From the NCBI GenBank assembly GCA_964199315.1, contig OZ116699.1, positions 2,542,001-2,606,000 on the forward strand: DNA of 64,000 bases, given 5' to 3'. Positions 1 through 10,789 of this stretch are shown here, one piece after another (positions within the stretch are counted from its first letter, which is position 1; each line of letters opens with the position of its first letter). The notes beneath the pieces are model-generated. The model searched no databases, had not been told where the DNA came from, and saw nothing but the letters and a program-made list of their open reading frames with translations. The DNA is from Orbicella franksi. Its lineage: Eukaryota. The position numbers and the translations under genes were made by a program.

Positions 1-2
1 AA

Positions 3-3000
3 GCTTTTCTAAATGTTTCAGTTCACCCCAAAGATCGTGACTATCTTCGTTTCCTGTGGGTTGATGATGTCACAAGCAGCGACCCGAACCTACAAGTTTA
101 TCGATTTGCAAGAGTTGCATTTGGCGTCTCCGCAAGTCCGTTCCTATTGAATGCAACAATTCGTCATCACTTGACTTCTGCTGACATCCCCAAAGAATTT
201 GCTGAGAGAGTTCTGAAAAGTCTGTATGTGGATGACTTTGTTGGTGGAGATGATTCTGACAATTCTGTTTTCGAGATGTATGAGAATCTGAAGTCATCCT
301 TCAAGAGCGGAGGCTTCAATATGAGAAAATGGGTCTCCAACTCTGAAGCCCTTCAGGAAAGAATTGAACAATCTGAAAGCCAGTCTTCTCAAGTTACAAG
401 CAAGTCTGTCAAGGAGTACCCTGTTCAAGAGGAAGATCAAACCTTCTCGAGTTCCCTGTTTGAGACGTCAAAGAACCCCAGCACAGCAAAACTGAAAGTA
501 CTGGGAGTTGGATGGGATAGACGAAATGATTTGTTACTCTTGGATCTGGCCTCTCCACTAGAAACTAGGAATACTTGTCCAGTTACGAAGAGAGCAATTC
601 TTGGTACAACAAGCAAGTTGTATGATCCCCTGGGACTAATTAGTCCAGTCATCATTCTACTGAAGATCATCTTTCAATCTATTTGCAAGACAAGAGTGGG
701 TTGGGATGACCCCGTGGATTCATTCATCCATGAACAGTGGTTAAAGCTTGTTCAAGATGCTAAGAAGGTGGGGGTGGTGGAAGTGAGGAGACACTACCAC
801 CTTGGCTTGTCATCAGGAGATTTACAAAGCATTCAACTCCATGGTTTTGCGGATGCAAGTGAGAAAGCCTATGGAGCAGTTGTGTATTTACGCCTTGAAA
901 CAACTACTGGAACTGTCTTCACCCAGCTTTTATCGTCAAAAACCAGAGTTGCTCCGATAAATGGAGAAACCATACCTCGACTGGAGTTACTAGGTGCTCT
1001 TGTTCTGGCCCGACTGGTCAATACTGTGTTGACAGCATTTGACGGAGCATTGGAAGTTGATGCTGTGTTCTTCTGGTCAGATTCGCAAATTGTTCTGTGG
1101 TGGATTTGGGGTGTAAACAGAGAATTCAAGCAATTCATTCAAAACAGAGTGGTTGAGATCCGTCGACTTACAAAGCCAACTCAGTGGAATTATTGCCCCA
1201 CAGAATCCAATCCAGCTGACATCTGCTCACGTGGTACGATGACCTCGAAACTGATCACCAACCAATTGTGGTGGAGTGGTCCTGAGTTCCTTAGAAAGGA
1301 AAAGCAGTGGTGGCCAAGTCTTGCAATGAACTCTGCTGAAGTCACAAGTGACGATTCAGATCCTTGCCTAGAACTGAAGAAGGGAAGCTGTAACAGCCAC
1401 ACAAAGCAGCATGATGGTACAGTTCTTGCAAACATTGCCTCTGGAGAGGTGACGTCAGAAAAGTCACTAAATCTTGATTGCATCATTCCCTTGGAAAGGT
1501 TCAGTAGTCTTCAAAGACTTGTGCGAGTCACTGCATATGTTGTGCGATTTGTTTCTAATCTCAAGCAAAGTAAAATGAAGAAGAGGTTAGTGGATGGAGT
1601 AATAAGGCATGAAGAGGTGGATTGTGCAAGAGAGCTTTGGATCAAGGAGGTTCAGAAATCTGTATACAACAACAAGAACTTTGACCAGGTCAAGATCTCA
1701 TTATCACTGTTTACAGATGACAAGGGAATTCTGAGGTGTGGTGGTCGTCTTAAAAATGCCCCGATTCCGTATGATGCTCGTTTTCCAATATTCCTTCCAA
1801 GATGTTCACGACTAACTTACCTAGTGATAAATGATTGTCATCTCAAGGTTCTTCACAATGGTGTGAGGGACACTCTCACAGAGCTAAGGTCAAGATTCTG
1901 GGTAACAAAAGGAAGGCAGACTGTGAAAACTGCGATAGGAAAATGTTCTGTTTGTAAGAAGTTAGAGGGCAGAAGCTATGCAGTTCCTCCTCCCCCACCT
2001 CTTCCTGAATTTCGATTGAGCGATGACTTTGCTTTTACTCGAGTAGGAGTGGACTTCGCTGGGCCCATGTATGTCAAGGATGTATTCTCAAAGAATGGAG
2101 ATTTGAACAAGGTCTATATAGCTTTGTTCACGTGCGCTGCAACCCGAGCTGTTCATCTGGAACTTGTCCCAAATCTGAGTGCGGAAAGTTTTATCAGAGC
2201 CCTTACTCGCTTTAAAGGGAGACGAGGAATTCCTGTCTTGATTGTCAGTGACAATGGGAAAACATTTAAGGATTCAAGAGTGCAGGCATATTGTCAGTGC
2301 GACGGTACACAGTGGAGGTTCAATGTCGAAGCGGCCCCTTGGTGGGGTGGTTTCTTTGAACGTCTAGTAAAATCAGTCAAGTTGAGTTTGAAGAAGGTCG
2401 TACGAAATGCCCGGTTAAACTATGACGAGCTGTCTACTGTCCTTGTAGAAGTGGAGGCAGCCTTGAATTCACGACCCTTGACATATGTCTTCGATGAAAT
2501 GGAGGAACCATTAACACCTTCACACCTGATTGTGGGCCGCAGAATTTTGTCAGTACCATCAAAGAACTCATCGAACGAAGTTGATCAAACTGAGGGAACA
2601 CTTACAAGAAGAGCCAAATTCTTACAGCGAACACTGGATCATTTTTGGAACCGATGGAAGTCTGAGTATCTCACACAACTTAGAGAGTACCATCGCTACT
2701 CAAAGAGAGCAAATTCTGTCCGTAAAGTGCAAGTGGGAGATATTGTGTGTCTACATGAGAACAAAACCCCGAGACAGCAGTGGCGGCTTGGGAAGATCGA
2801 ACGATTACTTCCTGGTCGAGATGGTCATGTTCGAAGTGCAGTGGTGAGAGTCAAGTCTGGTAATTCGCCAACCGCGGAATGGAGACGCCCATTGCAGAGG
2901 CTCTATCCCCTGGAAGTGAGGTTGGATAATGGAACTGCCAACCCTGTGCCCCGAGTGGCAAATATTCCTGTTACAGTAGTGAGGGACGAGGATGTCCCAG

Positions 3001-3023
3001 TTGTCGTCGTGAATTCTGACTAA
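3..3023 (+). CDS. Bel/Pao LTR retrotransposon polyprotein (RT, RNase H, integrase, C-terminal domain), 5'-truncated by window edge
   Basis: Frame is open from base 3 (AFLNVSVHPKDRDYLRFLW) to TAA at 3023. It has RT YVDD, the Pao-type RNase H motif LHGFADASEKAYGAVVYLR/SSKTRVAP/IPRLELLGAL, integrase zinc finger (H..VLHNG..CSVC), integrase core GVDFAGP/IVSDNGKTF/APWWGGFFERLV, and C-terminal FWNRWKSEYL/VQVGDIV. Domain order RT-RH-IN fits Bel/Pao. Confidence 0.97.
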   Translation, partial: AFLNVSVHPKDRDYLRFLWVDDVTSSDPNLQVYRFARVAFGVSASPFLLNATIRHHLTSADIPKEFAERVLKSLYVDDFVGGDDSDNSVFEMYENLKSSFKSGGFNMRKWVSNSEALQERIEQSESQSSQVTSKSVKEYPVQEEDQTFSSSLFETSKNPSTAKLKVLGVGWDRRNDLLLLDLASPLETRNTCPVTKRAILGTTSKLYDPLGLISPVIILLKIIFQSICKTRVGWDDPVDSFIHEQWLKLVQDAKKVGVVEVRRHYHLGLSSGDLQSIQLHGFADASEKAYGAVVYLRLETTTGTVFTQLLSSKTRVAPINGETIPRLELLGALVLARLVNTVLTAFDGALEVDAVFFWSDSQIVLWWIWGVNREFKQFIQNRVVEIRRLTKPTQWNYCPTESNPADICSRGTMTSKLITNQLWWSGPEFLRKEKQWWPSLAMNSAEVTSDDSDPCLELKKGSCNSHTKQHDGTVLANIASGEVTSEKSLNLDCIIPLERFSSLQRLVRVTAYVVRFVSNLKQSKMKKRLVDGVIRHEEVDCARELWIKEVQKSVYNNKNFDQVKISLSLFTDDKGILRCGGRLKNAPIPYDARFPIFLPRCSRLTYLVINDCHLKVLHNGVRDTLTELRSRFWVTKGRQTVKTAIGKCSVCKKLEGRSYAVPPPPPLPEFRLSDDFAFTRVGVDFAGPMYVKDVFSKNGDLNKVYIALFTCAATRAVHLELVPNLSAESFIRALTRFKGRRGIPVLIVSDNGKTFKDSRVQAYCQCDGTQWRFNVEAAPWWGGFFERLVKSVKLSLKKVVRNARLNYDELSTVLVEVEAALNSRPLTYVFDEMEEPLTPSHLIVGRRILSVPSKNSSNEVDQTEGTLTRRAKFLQRTLDHFWNRWKSEYLTQLREYHRYSKRANSVRKVQVGDIVCLHENKTPRQQWRLGKIERLLPGRDGHVRSAVVRVKSGNSPTAEWRRPLQRLYPLEVRLDNGTANPVPRVANIPVTVVRDEDVPVVVVNSD

Positions 3024-3134
3024 GATAGATGTATTGAGTTCATTCTGTTATATAGAGTTTATGCTCGTAAGATTGTTTCAACTTTAAATGAACTTTGAAC
3101 TTTGATTGATGACGTCAATCAACGCGGGGGAGTG

Positions 3135-3329
3135 TGTTGAAAACTGGGACCGAGCTTGTCACGTGACTTACACGATTTGACCCCCCTCGAACACTGAACT
3201 GAAAGGGAACGAATGCAAAACTAATGCGAAGTCGTTGTTCTTGAATTGTATTCTGGAGTTTTTCTGTCTTTGAATAGAGTCTTTATCTACGAAAGTGTCG
3301 TTTGAATACGTTTTCTACAAGCAGCAACA
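3135..3329 (+). repeat. 3' LTR (~195 bp) of the Bel/Pao element
   Basis: Starts 2 nt after the PPT and has inverted termini TGTTG...CAACA. The 5' LTR lies outside the window, so the right boundary is inferred. Confidence 0.75.
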
Positions 3330-4195
3330 TTTTTAACGTCACTAATGGAAAGCTCGTGTATTGTTTTCGTACGGAATCCATTTTTGACGGAAAAAATTAA
3401 CCTGAAGACGGTTTCTGGGCATGAACCCTTTATTTTCCCGCGGTATTCAAAAAGTTTCGGCGCGAAGACACATTTTTTTTTCCACAAACACTCTTTACAT
3501 ATTGCATCCATATGAGAAAACCACGGAATGTATAAGTAAGAGAGCCTCTCAGCAGGCGGGGGAGCCTTGTTTTCTTAACAGTGAAATATGGAAAAAAAAA
3601 TTCATGCTTGTGCAAGTGTAAATAAATCAACCTAGCGACATCCTCTCGTACCTTATTACAGTCCGCCGTACTTTCCAACCATTGCAGTTTGCATTATTAC
3701 CTGAGCCCGCAAGTGGGGCTAGGGATGCGCAGAAAGTTGCACACTAAGTACGTTTTTCCGCTCTGAAATATCAACATGGAAATTTTCGACCCCAGAGTTC
3801 CTCTCTCTGTTCTAGGGAACTGGATCGATAGTGATTTTAAGTGTGCCACGTCAAAGACGCTATTTATGTACTCGAAGTACTTGAAGTCGAAGCACTTTTC
3901 CTCGAAATACTTTACTCTGCTTGTTGCACATGTGTTAAGAACGTTACGTTTACTTGTATGCGTCGTGAAATAATGGTATTTAAGAAATGTCCCTTTGGGT
4001 GGGATGTACAAAAGTCCTGAAATCCGGAGCGAGCGAGGGGGATAAGGCACTACGAAAATTAATTCATATGTTTAGTCACATCATTTGTCCACATCTTACC
4101 TAAACCGCTGTCAGCGATGTTGTATAGTACTTCCAGCTTGCATTTTACTAACTTACTGAGAAAACAAAAACTGAAACGCACTGTCCGCTCCACAG

Positions 4196-6606
4196 ACCAA
4201 GCAGAACCCGATGGGGATGATGAAGACAGTGATGAAGAAGACGATGGCATGGATGATGTAGACGGCCAGCAAACAGAGATGGAACCAGAAGACCATGATC
4301 AAAGCTTCCTGGCCAGAGTCATGGAGGGCTTTATTGAAAAATGCTCAGTGCTGAAGACACGCTCTGGTCGAGCAGGCCTGGTGCACAACTTTTTGCGTGG
4401 ACTGCAGCTGATGACTGCCCCAGTCCCCTCTGGTGAGTCACGACTGTTGTTCGTTTGTTTGATTGATTGTTTGTTTGTTTGTTTTGTTTGTTTATTTGTT
4501 TGTTTGTTTATTTGTTTGTTTGTACACAGAAATATTACATCTCTCAAGCACCACACAGGTGTACTCAAAATTAAAATTTCTGAGACGTAGTTTCAATTAT
4601 TTAGTTTTAAAACGATGGCAAAAACGTTGTTGATCTTTTGGCCAATCTATCGTCATTTTACTTACAGTCCGCTCCTATATGCTGTTACACCTCCAGACAT
4701 ACCAGTGCTATGAGCTAGTGTTCAGTCTCCCGCTTTAGTTTTTTTTTTTTGTAATACGCTAATGTTGTCTATTTTACCACGCAGAAGCCGTTGAAGATAT
4801 CACTGATGCCGCTGACCAGCTAGCCATGAAGGACAAGCGCATCTACTTGGTTGATAGCGGTCTCGTCTTCAATTCGCCATATCCTTTGCTATTGAGACCT
4901 GAGCGAGATGTGGACATTTTTCTGTCATTTGATTTCAGTGCTCGAGACAAGGAAGAGGAGATGCCCTTCCAGGTAATTGAATTAAATTTGTTGAACGCTT
5001 CAGCTCTTTTTAGCGGCATTAGAATCCTGCCTTGCAACCACTAAAAGTTCAGTCAATTCTAAACTGATAATCCTTTTACACGATTAGCTTAATAACACGA
5101 CCTGATTTTCATGTCCCAACGGTGGTTGTATTAATAACAAACGAAACAATAATAATAGTAATAATAATAATAATTATAATAATACATAATAATAATAATA
5201 ATAATGGCACTATATCAAAAAGTGGATATGATCATATGCGCTTTACAAAATTATTTATAAAACTACTCACAAATAAAAAAATTAAATGGAAAATCATGAT
5301 CCTAATTGTAATCATATTTACATTGAAATAAAAAGTAAAATGCATCACAATCAGTGGTAAAATAAAGTAGAAGAACAAAAAAATAAAATAAATAACCTAA
5401 AGGATTGTCTCCATATATCATCATTATAACGATTGTTCCAATATCAACAGTATTCAACTGTATTCGGCGTTCCCAAATCATATTTATTTTTATCACCCTG
5501 TGATTCAGGAACTCCTGCTGGCGGAGGCATGGGCACGAAAGAACAACCTGAAGTTCCCTCCTATTGACGCCGAGGAACAGTACCGGAAGTACGGTTTAAA
5601 AGAGTACTACGTGTTCGCCCACCCGACGGATCCTGCCTGCCCTGTTGTGGTGCACTTCGTGCTTGTCAACAAGACTTTTAAAAAACAAAGCCGTCCAGGT
5701 TTGTTTCAAGACGTGAATGAATATCAGCTATGATTCTCATTGAGAGGGCATCAACAACAACAACAACTAGCTTTATTTGCATGACCATAAATACATATAG
5801 TGTTGCAAACTAAAACAGTAACGATCATCGTGAACGTATGATCATCCATCGGCCTATACTGTTTACCCTTTCGTTTCCCGCTAAATTTCGTGTGCACTGT
5901 TTTGTTTGGTTAAAATCAGTTTTAGTTTCTTCTTTATTATGATCCGGGAGAGTGGAACGATTCGGCAACACCCCTTCAGAGATACATAAGGAGATTTGCC
6001 TAAGATTAACATCCTGAAAAATATAAAGTTCTAGCACTCGTGAGTCAGCCCTTTATGGTGTGAAGACTAGTCATGAAGGCAAGGCTAGTTAGTACTCACG
6101 ATCGAATAGTCTACGTTGCAATATTCTAGAGACCTATTGGCTGCAAGCCTTTGTTGACCTTTGATTTTCCCGGCTGTGATAATATCCGGAGAAGCTTCAC
6201 CTCCTCCCCCTTCCCCTCCCCCCTCCCCACCATCCACCCTCCACCCTTATAAAAGAAAATACGAAAGTGAAATTATTTTTGACCCCACCATGCAAAGAGG
6301 TTTCGATCTGCAATGCATGATCAGCTTTATATAACATTTAAGACTGAAGCGTTACATTATATTGCCTTTTCAGGAATCCCTCGCAGAACCGCCAAGGAGA
6401 CAGAGTTCGCAGACTTCTCAATTTTCGAGGATCCAGAAGGCCATTATAGCACGTTCAACTTCACGTACGCTAGGGAAGCATTTGATCGCCTGGCAGAATT
6501 GAACAAGTTCAACACCCTGCTTGCAGAGAAAACCATTATGAATGTCATGGCTGACTGTGTGAGAAATCGACGAACAGACAAAGCAAAAAATATTGGCTCT
6601 AATTAA
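4196..6606 (+). CDS. Cytosolic phospholipase A2 (group IV, PLA2G4A-like), last four coding exons
   Basis: Phase-consistent exons 4196-4432, 4785-4972, 5509-5698, 6374-6606. Motifs match the cPLA2 catalytic domain C-terminal half: GRAGLVHNFLRGL, YLVDSGLVFNSPYPLLLRPERDVDIFLSFDFSAR (catalytic Asp in DSG), ELLLAEAWARKNNLKFPPID, ADFSIFEDP..YSTFNFTY. Upstream exons are not in the window. Confidence 0.93.
4445..4520. repeat. (GTTT)n-type microsatellite
   Basis: Imperfect gttt/attt tandem array in a cPLA2 intron. Confidence 0.85.
5140..5205. repeat. (AAT)n microsatellite
   Basis: Imperfect aataataat array in a cPLA2 intron. Confidence 0.85.
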
Positions 6607-6827
6607 CAATTCCATGACGCGATGTAGTTGAGGAACAATTCATTGTGATTGACTTCGATCGATAAATGTCCCAAAATTTACCTGTGTGTATGTAAAAATC
6701 AGGACGAGGTGTTATCAAAATTATCTCATTGGAAACTCTTCCGGCATTCCACGGGAGGGGAACTCTCTACAGACTCTATATGAAGCTGTTCGTCATACAT
6801 TTATCGATTAAAAATCGATAAAAGTAG

Positions 6828-7310
6828 CACAAGGACTGGGAACTACCGAATTCACGAATTTGATTGGCTGAAATCGATATTGACCGCGGTCTAGATTTTC
6901 CCATCTAGACCGGCATCTAGACCAGTTTCATTTTGCGTTGAAAAAGTAGCAAACCAAAATACAAAAATATTCCCCATTTTCTTTTATTTTCTTCTCAATC
7001 ATTTATGGAAGTGCCAAAAAGCCTGATGACAAAAAAAGTAGAGAGGACGAGCAAATTTCGGCAGGTTTAAGTCAAGCTCATCGCCGCTCGCAAGCAAAAT
7101 GTCAGCTAACACAAACCAGTTACATTAAACGAATTAAAGTTTTCTTCTTTGCCATATAATAAACATCTTATTAACCGAGCTAAGTCGGTCTGTATGGGAG
7201 AATCTTGACCTCGGTCGTGTGTACAGACCTCACTGCGTTCGGTCTGTACTCACGACCTCGGTCAAGACTCTCCCATACAGACCTCCTGCTCGGTTAATGA
7301 GAGCTAATTA
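6828..7310. mobile_element. Non-autonomous element with a long terminal hairpin, copy 1 (left end truncated)
   Basis: Colinear with 41721-42235 from cacaaggactgggaactac to gagagct. Contains a ~130 bp imperfect palindrome at 7168-7300. Confidence 0.8.
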
Positions 7311-8417
7311 TTAGACTGCAACTCTCCGGATGCGTTGGAAAATAAAACATATGTATTCTTGTAATTTTTGAACGAAATAAATCGAATAAAGAATTTTGTC
7401 ATTCTAAATTACTTATAAAAGCTAATTAAAATGTGACAATAGCGGAGGAAGTACATTGACGACCGCTGATTTTCGCAGGCTCACAGCACACTTACAATGC
7501 AGGAACTGTTTTTTCCTCGGCAGTATTTAGTATTTGGACTTTCGTTGGCATCCTTGATAGATGCTCCTGGTGTAAGAATAAAACAAAAACTTTCTATCAA
7601 AACCAATAGAGATTGCTGTTGATGTCAAAGCAATTCTATTCTTAGTACTTGATCTCAAAAAATTGCAACGAGGTTCCTCACTTCACGTTGTTAGTGTCGC
7701 ATCAGCGATGCTGTGGTTTTAAACAGTCCGTGAACGGTTACTACTTAGCTACGTAGAAATCGTTTTTTAAGATTTTTATGAACAATAATGGCGCCGTTCT
7801 AGCTATGCTTTTAAAAGAAAAGGAGGGTTTTTCATTCTAAAGGGCTCCATGCTGTTTTGCAATAGAGAGTACTTAAAATGTCATGTAGCAGTGTGATGGC
7901 TGTAGCGGCCCAAAGAATTAATAGCACGTGAGAACAGTTTTTAATTCACGTGATCGAGACTGACGCGGCACAAGACTAAATATTAATTTAGCGACTAAAT
8001 ATTACCACTGTAGTGATTTTCATAGTATAATTAAAAAACTTCATAATGTACAAAATTCGGTTGGCGAACTAAATGAAACAACAAGACTGATTCACTTTTT
8101 CAGTATGTGTTTCCTCGCGACGATTTTCAAGAGAAAATAAATACAAGGGTAAAGTGCGAAACTCAGATTGAAACATTCTGTTGGTCTCCTCAGTCTATTA
8201 AAAACAAGTCCTGTGTTGTTACAACCGGGGAGCAATATAGATCCTTAGTCAGTGACGGTTTTGCTCTGAGTTTAGCCCTACACCAGTGAGTTTCGCTCTT
8301 ACAACGGGATGACGACCGAAATTCCCTTCCCTGCAGCGGATAATTTACCTCTATCATCTTGACGTTGTTAAATGCGCTAATTTTTGTATATATGAGAATA
8401 TTGTTTTTCCGGTCCAG

Positions 8418-8645
8418 GGGTCCGTTTCTCGAAAGCCCCGGAAACTTTTCGGGCCCGGAAAGCCATAGCAAAATTTCGAACCTTACGATTACAGAGCTGT
8501 TTTATTCACGCATTCTTAATATGAACAGAGGTTCCCTTCATACAAGAAGTTTCAGGCGTATGCACTTCTCCGTTTGTAGATACAGATGAACTAAAAATGG
8601 CTTTACGGGCCCGAAAAGTTTCCGGGGCTTTCGAGAAACGGGCCC
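8418..8645. mobile_element. PIF/Harbinger-type MITE, copy 1
   Basis: ~40 bp TIRs (gggtccgtttctcgaaagccccggaaacttttcgggccc / gggcccgaaaagtttccggggctttcgagaaacgggccc) with 3-bp TSD CAG. Second copy at 37760-37988. Confidence 0.85.
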
Positions 8646-8739
8646 CAGGCCGGCCGATGATATTCTAACTTTTCTGCCAATTTTAGGCTGAACATATTCT
8701 TATGAATATTCTTGGATTATAGGAATACAAAGTGGACCA

Positions 8740-9440
8740 CCGTAAACTTCCGATAGTAACGACCCCCCGAAAGTAACGACCTCCCCCTCCCGATAGTAGC
8801 GACCCTCACGAAAGTAGCGAGCCCAGCCCCACGCCAACTCCACATACCCGCCAAAAATAATGAACGAGACCAAGGTTTTAACACAATGGTATATTTATTT
8901 CTCCAATCAATAGTCAAGGGAACAGGAAAATGAACTTTTCTTCGCATTAAAATTTAAAACTCTTCACGTCGTTTTCAAGAGAAACGTAGTTAATAACGGA
9001 AACTGTCAGCTTCAAAACTGAATAATTGAAAAATCGGCTTATTCCCCCATGCGGTTGTGCGGTCAAAGCACGAGTGCGCCTGAGGGTGTGTGGATGCAAG
9101 AAATAGAGACTCCTAGTTTCTATGACGTCACTGTGAAAAAAGGAAGGTGATTAAAAGAACTCCGGGTGAAACTTGTGGCTACAACAGACAACACGGTGAA
9201 GACATGTAGAGGCTACCCCATATGTTAGTAACATGAAACTGGAACAATGCCGAATTTCATCTTGTTTTGTTATGCATCTTTTATTTCGTTAAAAAAAGCT
9301 CAGTTGTACCAACTTTACATAACGTTTATTGCTACCCGAAAGTAACGACCCCCCGAAGGTAGCGACACCCCGAAAGTAGCGAGCCCCAAAGGCTGCTAAT
9401 TCCGAAATTAACGAGGGTCGCTACTATCGGAAGTTTACGG
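8740..9440. mobile_element. Tc1/mariner-type (TA-CCGTA termini) non-autonomous DNA transposon
   Basis: TIR ccgtaaacttccgatagtaacgaccc / gggtcgctactatcggaagtttacgg, with TA on the right flank and CA on the left. Repeated subterminal CGAWAGTARCGA motifs. Confidence 0.8.
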
Positions 9441-10789
9441 TATGCCAACGGTGTTGAAGTAATTTTGGAGACAGACTGCAGGCAGTAAAGCCTAACACAG
9501 TGACAAATAACTTCTTGTAGAAATGTTTTTAGCATCGAACATACGGCTTGTGCTGTGTTTGTAGTTTTTTGGCTAGTTTTGCCGCTTAGAAAAAGGAAAA
9601 ATTTTATACGGCTTGGTTAAAAAAATACATTGTACTTACAAATTTTCAACGCACAAAATAATATTCTTTTCAAAATCAGCCTCAGGTTTAATGTCGTAAA
9701 TTTCAGCCTCGATATCCTTATAAAACCAAGAGAATGTCTCGTGATCAAACACATTCATTTGTGAAAAAAGAGTGTGGGTCGGACGGCCCAATGCCAGGCC
9801 AGGCTGCAAAACCATTTTTTATTTCGGACTAAAACCGGATTCAAAAATCATAAATTTTTGTGAACCTTGGCACTGCACCGCACACGTTGATACTTACTGA
9901 GCTCATGTGAGAGTATATCCCGAGGCTATCTAAAAGTGGTCTTCGAGTAGTTATTTCAGGTATAGTATTTCTTTAGACATAGTGGGAAAATGTATGGCTG
10001 TTAAAAAACAATTAACACCAACAAGTCTGAATGAAATGAATGCCGGGTCCTCAAAGGCCAAGTTTAAATGAGCAAAGTGAAGTTCAATCGAGAACCATCA
10101 TATGGCATTTTTCAATTACACCCTTCTTTATGATGAAAGCATCTAAATACGAACCTTGAGAGGAACGAGGCCAGACCTGCATTATTAATGTTTTTGTTTT
10201 GATTTTGAGGCATTTAAAACTCGCGCCAGTTTTGCGCCATTTTTTTAACCGGTCGAGACTAACAAAAACATTCCTTACATCGATGTTTTCGATGGCTTCT
10301 AAAACTAATGAGATGAGACCATTTATTCATGTATTCTGTATTATCATTTTGTAAGTGAATAAAATCATAACGTGTCTGCGCGAGTCCCCGGCGAAAGAAA
10401 GAGCCAAAAGGTCACACACTCATCACAGAGTGATGCGCGCGAAAATTGCCATTGATCGCGTGCTGATAAAAAGCGCGCGAAAGTGAAACCTTGACAACAC
10501 AAACCTGTCAAAATCAACCAATTAGCATCAAGATAAAAACCTCAACAACCAATGATAATCAGGACATGCTCGGGCAAGTTCATGAACTTTTCAGGCTTTC
10601 AATTTCCGGACAGATGCGTATCGCTTCCGTTGCTTGGGAGAACTTCAGCTGGAGCCAAACTCAGAAGGACATACACACTCCTCGCTCCGTCTCTTCACCC
10701 GGTTTGTGGTCGTTTAGTCTATGATTGTATCATAAAAACAGTCTTGCGCTGCTTAAGTGAGCTCGAGAACGGGAGAAGTATTTTTTTTG

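Larger units (their letters stand above)
1..3329 (+). mobile_element. Bel/Pao LTR retrotransposon (3' part)
   Basis: pol ORF, then polypurine tract GGGGGAG (3126-3132), then an LTR bounded by TGTTG (3135) and CAACA (3325-3329). Confidence 0.92.

Noticed and set aside
3330-4080. CpG-rich segment right of the LTR as cPLA2 exons or a defined transposon
   Set aside because: No cPLA2 motif, TIR or TSD could be established, so it is left unannotated.
7020-7060. CTGATGA as a hammerhead ribozyme core (also 41941)
   Set aside because: No stem II or GAAA core could be formed around it.
8750-8830. Regularly spaced short repeats as a possible CRISPR array (also 62715-62770)
   Set aside because: The repeats are 12-21 bp with no unique ~30-bp spacers, lie within TIR elements, and have no cas genes in a eukaryotic context.
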